A stretch of 60,545 nt of DNA, filler included, from Catajapyx aquilonaris (lineage: Eukaryota): the NCBI GenBank assembly GCA_000934665.2. It is 2 parts of 2 records of this genome, joined end to end, with 100 filler letters (N's around TTAATTAATTAA, not from the genome) between each part and the next. Parts side by side here need not be neighbours in the genome. Positions count along the whole stretch, not along the records: positions 30,339 to 60,545 come from KZ539193.1; 1 more part is not named here. The stretch is one strand, 5' to 3'. The notes under the pieces were generated by a model, which was not told where the DNA came from, did no database searches, and saw only the letters and a program-made list of their open reading frames with translations. Position 1 is the stretch's first letter. Each line of letters begins with the position of its first letter. Both the position numbers and the translations under genes were made by a program. Positions 50,519 through 60,545 of this stretch are shown here, one piece after another.

Positions 50519-50885
50519 CACATCAAGGGAATGACCAAACCCATCCCCCTCCAATTTGGCTGAAACTTGGTTGAGGGGTCCATCATGTGCCATGAACACA
50601 GTGGTGAAAGTCCTAAATTAAGTTGTTCGGCCGTTTACGAGATACGAGCGACAGAAACATCCGAATTTTGGCAGTGTATGGGGTTATAGGGGCCTTGCCC
50701 TTGTCCCTTTCCCGCCCGACCCCTGTACACTCAGACAAAATTTGGATGTTTCTGTCGCTCATATCTCGGAAACAGCGGAACAAGTATTAGGACTTTCACC
50801 ACTGTGTTTATGGCACATGATTAACCCCTCAACCGAGTTTCAGCCAAATCGGAGGGGGACGGATTTGGTCATTCCCTTGTTAGTG
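50519..50885. mobile_element. fold-back MITE with CAC...GTG termini (CMC/Chapaev-like, tentative)
   Basis: CAAGGGAATGACCAAA... / ...TTTGGTCATTCCCTTG with ~165-bp arms. GTGG flanks both sides, a possible 4-bp TSD. Confidence 0.75.
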
Positions 50886-51989
50886 GTGGCACTCTCACCT
50901 GAAGACATGGTGTAAGTTCAATAGGAGCAGATTTTTTTTGTTAAAAGTCCATGGTGACAGAGTGCTGAATAGAACAATCCAGGTCCAGAGTTCTGGTGCA
51001 GCAACTTGAAAAAGGGAATGATGTGATGGCAGGAGGAGAGAAAAAAAGGCAGAAAAGGGATACACTAAACTACTAAAGGCTTTTTCTTTGGTGGCAACAG
51101 TTTATCCAATGTTGCAATGAGGGTTCGCACCGTGCAAGCAAGTTAAGGAAAATATTTATTATTTCCAAAGTAGAGGATTTCACAATATAAATAATAGAGC
51201 TTGTGTCTCATGAAGGACAATTTGATCCTGAAGGAGTCTTGAAACACTTCTCATTTGTTGTGTTTGAGTGCCGCGTCACATCGTTCCATGGTTTGGGGGG
51301 TCTGTTACTGCTAGCCGAAAATGTCTTCTTTGGGAATGGGTTCACGTGACCAAGCCGTGACAGCGTAAACAACGTCGCACTGTCAGCCTGTCACGGCACG
51401 ATGTTGCGGAAATCATTGCGGTATCATTGTTGAATGTCTTCTTTGGCCAGCGAGAAGCTCAACCAGTTACACTTACATCATGGTCCATGTCGGAAGCAAA
51501 TCTGCACCTCCGCACTTTATATAGTAGGCCTACACCATATATGATACAGGGTGAGGTCATAAGGGTGGGTAGGGAAAAACCCATATGGATGGTTCGCAGT
51601 AGATGAGAATAGCTGCATAACTGAAACATATGTCACACCTACCTTTTCTGTACTGGTACTGAATTTTAGGGAGCTACACTGAAGGACGTTCCATTCTGAA
51701 AACGAGAAAGTCAAGAAAAAGCGGACGTACAGGATAAATTATTACAACTCTATTTAATTTCAATCCTGTATCATATATTACAAATGTTTTAACAATGTCA
51801 CACAATGCTTTCTATTAGACATTAAAATTACATCTCATTATTTATCTTTCAAAAATACAGTCTCACAGTCATGCAAATAATCGCATTTTATAATTCAGGG
51901 CAAATTTAAATTGCAACTATAGATTCAGTATAAATCGTATGTTAAAGTGCTTCAACATTGTAATTGCAAAAAAGCAATTGTTACAGTGT

Positions 51990-52239
51990 TAATAGAAGCT
52001 GATTAAACATCCTGACCTGACATTCTAGGAGATTTCTAAGTGTTTCTAAGTGACAGCGAACGGAGCAAAAAGGCGCGAAAATTGGCACATGTCACACCCT
52101 GTCGTTTTTCAACCACGCGTGGTAGAGCCAAACAAACTTGGTTACGGACATACATGTATGGGCACCACAACATACTCGAATTTGGTCAAAATCGGATAAG
52201 ATTTGTCGGAAGGGTGTCCCGCTTGACGTGGAATGACTC
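51990..52239 (-). mobile_element. DNA transposon terminus related to the one at 30839
   Basis: Reverse complement GAGTCATTCCACGTCAAGCGGGACACCC versus GGGTCATTCCATGTCAGCGGGACCCCC at 30839. The left boundary is approximate. Confidence 0.55.
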
Positions 52240-52798
52240 ATAAATCATATTATTAAATATTACTTGGTGGAGAGGGGCACTCGTCCCGATGTGCCTCTTA
52301 CAGACTAGCTTCTTCTTTTCTGTCTACTGTAGTGGAAAAATGCATTTGTTTTCACCTTTTCAGTGGTTTATCAAATCTGATCAAATCACAATCAGTTTAT
52401 CAATTATTCGAAATCCAACCTGCGCAACCGGCACGGCGCGATGGTCCCAAGGTTGCCAATCTAATAAGCCTTTTAGCAATTTTGCCGCAATTTTTATGAA
52501 ATAACATTACATTTTATGCAATACCTGGTTAAATAATTACATTAATAGTGCGCCTCTGAGCAGCAATCTCAGCCAGACTTAGGTCACGTGACTCTTCCAC
52601 GTTCACTTACCATGCGTGACGTCACTCCATGCGTTTCTGAACCAGGCGCCAGGCCTAGATAATGGAGATGGGAAGGAAAGTTGGGAAGAGTTGCCCCGCT
52701 TTGTAGCTTGTCGTAGGTAGACGCCCATGGCCGCTAGAAACCGCCTTCCGTGGTACCCTTGTAGACTACACTGACCTGAGAAGAATTCACCAGCAATA

Positions 52799-55700
52799 AT
52801 GGCTCGCCACAGGAATGTACGGAGTATGAACTATGCAGATGGTGAGCTTTGGACTCGAAACTGTTGGAGGAGAAAGTCTTCGAACACTTTTGCGCCACAA
52901 AACATTTGTTGACTAATGTATTCTGTATGTATTTCAGAATACGAAGGCTATGATGATGTGTATGGCCACTCAGTTGAAGATGACTTCTGTGTTTCTCCAA
53001 GCGTGGGTAAGAACGCCATTGGTTATACCTTATACGTGAACAGTGGTTGATTGAATCTAGTTCCTGGGAGGTCGGCGGCAGATTGTGTGGCCCCGACCCC
53101 CGCTGACCTTATAACCGTGTTATAATATGGGGTGGCGCATATTTGCTGTAGCATTTGAGCTACTGTGCATAAAGTATCTAAAGTGGCATCACTGTGTGGC
53201 CTGAGATTGGGAGGAACTATGAGCGCATCGGGAAATCCCCTCGTTGTGATAATGAATAGTGGTTAATCAATTGTCAGAGCAATTGTTGGAGCACCTTGTA
53301 TGATATATGCATTTATACTCAACAACAATGTGGAGGTGAAACAAAGGACGGCAGTTAAGTTTGGAGCCAGTGGCCGTAGTGTGCTAACATCACAAGGGTA
53401 TATGAAACACAAAATTCGACACCTAACGGAACTGTCTTGCAAGCGAAGGGAACAGATAGGCTGAGGAGTACGTTCTGATGATGACACAGCTCGTGTGGCG
53501 AATGCGTGAGAAGTAGAAATCGCTGAGGTATATTTCCAAACTGCTGAACATTCCTCTCACTGTCAGAGCACTGCAGAAATTAAAGAAGGGCCTCTACTTT
53601 AAACCGTATCACCCTCGTTTGCTTAAGGTGGAAATGAAGCGACTTGCTAATCAATGAGAGTCTAGAATTGGAATGTTAATATGAAGGGCTAAAATCAGGG
53701 AAACATATGCAGCCGATGCAGCAGTAAATGCTGTTCAATCCTATACACTCCATTCGAATCTGTGTTTTGAACTCGATTTAATATGGGCCTATTACCGGCT
53801 GGATGTTTTTGTGCGTAGGCCCAATTTTCACGACTGCCAACTTTAACATGGTATTTGGAGGTGGGCTTAATATTTATTATTTTGGATGTAAATCAATTTT
53901 ATTCGGTTGTAATTACGAGGTCCCAATTTGTCAAGGCATTTTTAAATGTTTAGTTCCAAAAGGGGAGCCTGTAGCTCTTCATTTGTGCCGGATTTGGAAC
54001 ACGTTCAGTTGGTATGCGTGTGACAGATAGAAGTGGCAATGCAGCAAATTTCCACTATTCGATTCGCAAAACCTGCTTATAAATAGGATTTACTTGAATG
54101 CTGCATGTAATTAAAGTGATAATAAAGTCTAATTACATATGTAATTTTGTGAAGTATTACTAATTAAATGGACATTACGTCCGTGATTGCATCACGTGAC
54201 ATGGCGCGCTTCATTTGTCATGCAATTTTTGTTCTAAACCCCGGGGTCATCGACCTTTGCCCATTGCGTATTGAAGATTCGAACGAAGACGGGGGTTCTT
54301 CCAGCACACTGACAGAGTGCTGCAATAATTATCATGGCACACCATCTCACTTGCACTCATATTTCGCGGTCGTATGCAACCGTATCTCGCTATTGTAAAC
54401 AACGCTGTGTTGCCACTTCCTTCCTCGCCTGAGGCAATGTGACGTCACTGGATCATTTTCGGATCGTTTTTCTGCAATAAAAATTGAAAGAGCACGGTGA
54501 GGTAGGTTTTTCTTTTTGCGGTTGCGATCAGTATATAATTCCCGACATGTTCCACATTTAATTTTAAAATTCTCATTTACTTATGATTTTTTTGTGAACT
54601 ATTGAAAATCCTGCCATAAGGGCCCATGTTAAATCGCGAACTTCTGGGCCCTCTAGTTCGCTAATTTGCACGGTGACATGTATTTTTCTTTGCACCATTG
54701 ATAAGAGGACACAAAACTGCGTAACATATGTTTTTTTCATAAAATTCTCATAAGTGACTCGAGCTTCATTTCCACCTTAATGCTCTCAATGGATAGGCGT
54801 ATGCAGTTCGCAGACGTGTGGTTGGGAATGCTGCAGGAAAATCCAGGTTTGGATTCATTTGGGCAGAGGAGGTCAAATTTCACGTTTCCAGTACATTGCA
54901 CCAACAAAGTCACTGCCTCCAAACTCAGCTGCCATCCTTCGTTTCACATATGCACAATTGTTTGTTGTGGAGTATAAACACATTAAAGTATATACACGCT
55001 GCTCCAGTGACAATCGATTCCCTGCCATTCCCTACCATAACAATGGGGGAATTGCTCGATGCAGCACATCGTTACTCCCACACACAATGATCCCACTTTT
55101 GATACTTTTCAGGCAGTAGTTTAAATTATACAGTCTGTGAAACATCATACAAATAAATATCCGCCACCCTGTACAACTAGTTCAACAGCATTTGTGTCCT
55201 CCTTGCCACCAATACCCAACAGTAAGTGAAAGTGTTTGCAACAATATTGCACTGATAGAACAATGGTAAAAGCTCGTGTAACTGAAAAAGCTCAAAACAT
55301 GTTTATGCGAACTGGAAAGGAATGTAGAACTATTATTGGGAACTTCATATACCATCTCTCAATTTTTATACAGGTATTAGAGGTACGTGGGTTGTTTCAC
55401 AAGTCATGTGCGTATTATTTTATTCAAAAGTGGTAAGACATACAGAGATGAACTTTGCTGAGTTTTGAAGATCCGTCGATTACAATTTGATCTAGCATGT
55501 AGATGTCGTCCATATTGCGGGGGGGGGGGGGGGGGGGGNNNNNNNNNNNNNNNNNNNNNGGGGGGGGGGACGTGACCCCGTGGACGAACTCACCCCACCC
55601 CACCCCCCACCCCGGAGCCTGACTCGCTTGGAGCTGTTGGACGTTGCATGCTGGACACTCGGCGATGGAAACACTGGAGCTTGTTTTAGAGTGTGGGACA

Positions 55701-58700
55701 AGTCAGAGCACTATGCTTAGGACTCTGAAAGACTGAAAGGTCTCAGGAAGTTGGCATCCTCACTGGTTCCTCGCCATCTCTTTGAGGTGCAAAAATGCCA
55801 CCATTTTGCTCTCGCTTGGAACTCGATCGCATTGAGGGTGATGTTTTTTTTCCCCCCCATTACCCCACTTAGGGAGCTACTTACTCCTTTGGGGGGGGGA
55901 TTACCACCATCAGGATTTGTTTGGAGCGTATTAAGAAGGATCTTATTAGTTTACTCCAAGGGTAGGTGGGAGGGTATGTACAAAGTGCATGTGCGCTGTC
56001 GTTGAGTGGTCATTTTGTGAACTCCCACGGGTGGATTAGTCTTTAGGAAATTTCCACCCGAAATGAAGCCAGAGATGGCCCAACTCTGCCCGGATAAAGG
56101 TGGGAACCCCTGGTGGGAATTGAACCCGGGACCTTCATTTCCGTGCCTCAACCCATGCATTGAAAAGCATTTTGGGGTGTTGCATTTTTAATGGAAGTGC
56201 AAATTCTGTCTTAGCGAGTCTGCCAAATTATGCACCTGTGTAGCCTATACCTGCCTTTAACTAACCCCAACAGGGAAAAGTTAGGTAGAGTTAGGTTTGG
56301 TCATTTTGGGGGCCATGCAATGAACGTTGATCATCGCCCAATCCATCCTGTAATGGTTATCCCAGAATGTGCTGACATCATTAGCAAAGTGGTTATTGAA
56401 AATGGTTCCTTGAGGTTAGCTGAAGCAGAGCGAATTTATGTAACATGCCCAGGCATTAAGTCAAGTTACCATGGTCTCAGAGAAAGAAAGGGACCTGTGA
56501 TTTTGCCCTTCATGACCTCACACCAATCATTGCATTTAGGAGAATCCCGTTTGTATTAATGAAGTGTATTAGTATATTGAGTGTATTAGATACCATATGT
56601 AGAAAAAATATATATACAAATCTGCTCTTTAACTGCACACACTTTATGTCATTACAACTATATTACTTTGTAAGCTATGAATTTTTCTTTTATTATACGT
56701 GTAAGCGGGACACCCTGTATATCTGTGCTCATTCATTTAGTAATTTTGATACTTCTTTTTGCATCCCCACTGCCAAACCAGCTCAGCTTCTCATTTATCC
56801 ATCCTGCAGTTCTAGCACTTAACTGTAGTTGGCTGTGAAAGTAATAGGCATGAAGTTACTGTAGAAGTAGACCAGTCTGTTTAATTTTCTGGTTATTTGT
56901 ACAGTTTATTAAAACTGAAATGAGAGGATGGTATACTAGATAAAATAAAGTTTGTCAAGAACTTATTGAAATTTAAAATGACGTGGGTTCCAAAGACAAA
57001 TCACTCAATGGACACTGGAGATTTAAATACAGCAGTTATGGAATGTGCAGGTTTTTCTCACTAGTGGGTATTTTCCATGCCATTAGCTCATTCCCAACAG
57101 CTGCCAATGCTGGAGTCACCAGTGCAGGTGAAGGGCCATTTACATGTAATGAGCTGGTTGTAAGGTAAGTCAGTGTGATAAGTCATCATGACAAAAGTAC
57201 TGCAGCTAGGACGGCATTAGAGGGCTTGTTGTGTGACCAGATTTCTGGCTCCAACTTGCCATTTCAACCAAATCCTGTTCATTCGTTTTGTTCTGTGGAG
57301 CAACAGGCGTATTTGCAGGGGGACATGGTGATCTTATGGCTATGCTACTGGCCAGCCAAGCGAGAGGTCCGGGGTTCAAATCCTGTCTCCATCACCTCTG
57401 CTTTGTCAGGTATTTTTCCGCTTTTCACCTGACATGTCCGGGCAGACTTGCACTCCCTTCTCTGCACCCAGGACCAAGAGAAAAGGTCTGGTATGTAAGA
57501 GGGTCAGAAATGACAAAACGAATTAAGATGAGGAAGAAAAGGGGGAAGTGTGGTAAAAAAAATCACTTGTGTAATAATGAAAAGCCATATAATTTCCCAA
57601 ATATTTCCATTTTTTTATCTTACCCTACACCTGAGTTGATCATCAATGGCCATTATGACATCACTGAAATTGGGGTCATCAAAAACCAGGGTCCCCTACA
57701 TGGTTGCCTCCCCCACCCTAACCAGGGTATTGTCTTCATGTAGTCCTTATGCAATCTAGCTCCAATATGGCCGCCCCATGCTGCAGGATAGGGGATTGGC
57801 AAGCGATTCGTTTTTTGTTTTTTTCAATTGTTTTTTTTTCACTGCATGTAGCTCCAATGTGAATTAGCTCCAATATGGCGGAGAGACAATACCCTGTCTA
57901 GGTGGGGGAGGCACTCATGTAGGTGACCCTGTCAAAAACCATGCGGATAATGTAATTTTCTGTGCTGTTTCTACCAGTAAGTTTTTGGTGCTGGCATCAC
58001 AATCATTATTGTGTGGTCAGGCACCTTGGGCAACTCATGCATGAATTTTCTTTGCTGTGAATATGAAGCTTGTGTGTTGACTACAGGAAGAAGGCACAAA
58101 TGCTGACCTACAGGTTGTATTATTACAAGGGAACAAGGAGAGCGGAGGCTGGAGCCGAATCTGAGCTAGGCTCACAAGCAGTGTTGGTTAGTAACTGACA
58201 ACAATTACCAGTTGAGTCAACAGTAAATGGTGTGCTTTCCCCAGGCTAAGAAATAGTCAGTGCCAGGACACAACAAGGTGTAGAATAGGTGTAGCATCTG
58301 GATCGCCATTCTCTTCGTAATCGCAATGGATATATATTAGATGCTGTATATTATTTGCAAAAGTCTGCAGAATCCATGTGAATATTCTGATAAAACTTAT
58401 GAGGTCACTAATGTCAAAGGCCTAAGTTTATCAGTACAGTAGAAATAGCCCTCAGCTATTTAACCGTAATCCTCCTGTTTATTTTCAGCCCATTACATTT
58501 ACGACCGAAGCACCGGGCCTCAGCAAATGTCATCATTTATCTCAGGGGAAGCTGGAATTGCCGAAGAAAGTGAGGATGATTCTGGAGAGGCTGCGTCACC
58601 AATCAAAGTTGAAGTCAAGGAGAGGCTGCGACATGACTCAACAACATTCCGGACTCCACCACTAAGCCATGTGGAGGAGGCACGGCTCCAGTCATGCCTG

Positions 58701-58839
58701 GATGAAATCCACAATGTTGTAGGTGATTCAGTTCCTGAACCAGTCCTTGTCAAGACCATCCTAAGCCATCAGTTCAACCTTGAGAAGGCTCTTAATGCAG
58801 TGCTCATCAGCAGCCAGGACAAGTCCTCTATGGAACCAA
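52799..58839 (+). CDS. HBS1: HBS1-like translational GTPase, 5' exons (partial; continues beyond the window)
   Basis: Exons 52799-52841, 52938-53006 and 58489-58839 give [44 protein letters not shown]... and the HBS1 N-domain ARLQSCLDEIHNVVGDSVPEPVLVKTILSHQFNLEKALNAVL. Confidence 0.95.
53782..54628. mobile_element. TTAA-flanked non-autonomous element (piggyBac-like)
   Basis: TTAA|TATGGGCC ... GGCCCATG|TTAA, with further imperfect inverted similarity. Confidence 0.6.
54780..55171 (+). mobile_element. degraded Tc1/mariner-superfamily transposase fragment and terminus
   Basis: DRRMQFADVWLGMLQENPG / FIWAEEVKFHVSSTLHQQSHC resembles the WSDEAxFHLSG..N.QNCR motif. It ends in CACCCTG|TA. An upstream piece, LKKGLYFKPYHPRLL, is at ~53580-53625. 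Confidence 0.6.
55386..55850. mobile_element. mariner-type MITE, copy 3 (truncated, contains an N gap)
   Basis: Matches the left arm and centre of 49373-50146. It is cut by a SINE at ~55850. Confidence 0.8.
55845..56140 (-). mobile_element. SINE with a family-B-like core and an A-rich tail
   Basis: B box GGTTCAATTCC. The core TTTTGTGAACTCCC..GGGTGGATTAGTCT..AGGAAATT is shared with 45170-45215 and 47270-47315. Confidence 0.7.
57318..57515 (+). mobile_element. tRNA-derived SINE (family A), diverged
   Basis: GGCCAGCCAAGCGAGAGGTCCGGGGTTCAAATCC...TTCCGCTTTTCACC...GTCAGAAATGAC aligns with 23930-24123. Confidence 0.8.
57687..57931. mobile_element. hAT-type MITE
   Basis: TIRs CAGGGTCCCCTACATG / CATGTAGGTGACCCTG and an 8-bp TSD TCAAAAAC (57679-57686, 57932-57939). 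Confidence 0.85.
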
Positions 58840-59378
58840 GTATGTGTACTATGAATTTTGTTTCCTACATAGTCATGACTTGCTTCCATTAGTGGAGGAG
58901 ATATGGGATGAAAAATCCAGACTGTGGCCAGATTTTTCTGAAGGTTGCAAAATTTCATGGAATGATATGCAGCCACAGGCAGAAATCAAATTATAACACA
59001 TGGTTCATTTCATATGAGCTTGACGATATTTCTTCTATTGTATTAGTGGCTGAATTCCTGACAAAATTGGTGACGAATTAAAATTACTTAACAGTAGTGC
59101 ACACAAAGGGGGGCTGGGTAGAGATAGGTGGAGCACCCTTCTTGCATGGTGCAATAAGCTTGCAGCACTACTGATGACTTGTGAATCTGTGATTTTATTA
59201 TCCCTACCTTAACCACAGCATAGGCCATTGACTCATATCCTTTATAGCAAAGGATATTGCATAGCTGACAGTGTGATCGCTTCTGTTGTGTCAAAATTAC
59301 AGTAGCTATTATCAAAGTATACAGGGTGAAGGGAAACTCACATACAATCGCCATGTAAACTTATAGTACTTGCAAAAC

Positions 59379-59619
59379 CACCGAAGCAGGTTGGCATAGT
59401 GGATGAGGCGTCCGACTGCTAATCGGGAGGTCCTGGGTTCGAATCCCGGTGCCGGCAACCTTGACCGTGGTTTTCTGTGGTTTTCTGTGGTTTTCCACGG
59501 TCTTTCTAGGATAATTCCGGGGTCGCTTTCGTATAATAGGCCACAGCCGCTTCCTTCGTTCCCTATCCTTGGAGGTTGAAAGGCAATGCTGGGCCAACCT
59601 CCTTAAATATCAATTATAA
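59379..59619 (+). mobile_element. tRNA-derived SINE (family D), full length
   Basis: A box TGGCATAGTGG, B box GGTTCGAATCC, and a 14-bp TSD AGTACTTGCAAAAC (59365-59378, 59620-59633). Confidence 0.88.
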
Positions 59620-60437
59620 AGTACTTGCAAAACTAATATAGGGATGTGAAATTAGTTTTGGACTCCGTTGCATAGTTAATGCGTACGGCCCCGTCAAATG
59701 TTTGTGACGTCACATCCGTTCCTCCAGCTTCTATGAAGCAAAAGTCATCTCGAGGGCCTCCTGTCCCTTGCCTTGGTCCCCTAACACATCATTCATGTGG
59801 AATAAGTGATCAAATCCCGTCAGAGGAAGAATCCGGGTACAACACCTATACAGGTACTATAAGTTTACCTGGCGGTTGTATGTGAGTTTCCCTTCACCCT
59901 GTATGTCACAAAGCCTATGGTTACATCGTCACACTGCTAAGGGAATATTATTGATATCCCTTTGATAGGTCGATTTCTTTTCCTTACTTGATAGGCATAC
60001 TGTCTAATCCAAAGAAAAGTGAGACTTTGGTTGGCTTGTCTTTCATTTGACACTGGGGCTCCTGGTTTATTGGCCCTATGCCACCACAGCCAAATGCAAT
60101 AAGGATAACCCAACCATAATATGCTGTAGCCTGCATAGTATCCTGCAGGGTCATCATGTGGCTCATTGAAGCTCACAAGTTCAACTCATTTTCATCGTAA
60201 CAATTTTTAGTGTCACAATGCCGCACTTTAAAATATATGAAATGTAATGTAGTGTAGCTTAGCTAGTCTGCACTGGCCTTTAGGCAGATTAAAGATACGA
60301 ACAGACAGCCCATCAAGCAAAATATGTGAGACCAGGCAAACTTCATCTGATCTTTGCTTTTAAATACATTTTCCCAAAACTTTTGTAGAGTTTGGTTCTT
60401 CTGCATTTTGATCATGTAGTAATATTGTTATGGTTTA

Positions 60438-60545
60438 GGGCGACACAGTGGCCGAGTGGTTAGCGCCGCAGCCTTCCACCTCTAAGGTCCCGAGTTCGAT
60501 CCCCGGGTCGGACGGAGGATACTTATGTGGATAGAGTTTCGATGG
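60438..60545 (+). mobile_element. tRNA-like SINE head running off the window end
   Basis: A box TGGCCGAGTGG and B box AGTTCGATCCC, with no convincing acceptor stem. Confidence 0.65.

Overview
This is eukaryotic, intron-rich DNA, most likely from an arthropod (hexapod-like). I found no CRISPR array, rRNA or bona fide tRNA gene. The first 20 kb is gene-dense. It holds a partial Sen2-like gene (-), a divergent COX5B (-), a small secreted Cys-rich protease-inhibitor-like gene (+), two intact 12-exon luciferase-like/4CL-type acyl-CoA ligase paralogs (+, 538 aa each), a gustatory receptor (+) and a convergent odorant-binding-protein-like gene (-). Beyond that come CTF18 (3' part not found; an artificial N-TTAATTAATTAA-N spacer follows at 30239-30338), about 16 kb of nested transposons (including a MULE relic with SWIM and Ulp1-protease remnants), MED30 (+) and the 5' part of HBS1 (+). 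Most notable: (1) the ligase pair shares a GC-AG intron, an apparent gene-conversion tract, no PTS1 and an unusual A8 motif, and sits next to a GR/OBP pair; (2) a stop-riddled intronless ORF of unknown origin lies between the ligases; (3) a candidate unrecognised spliced gene runs divergently from MED30; (4) tRNA-SINEs appear to have swapped 3' tails. All gene models and family calls were made by eye, without database searches.
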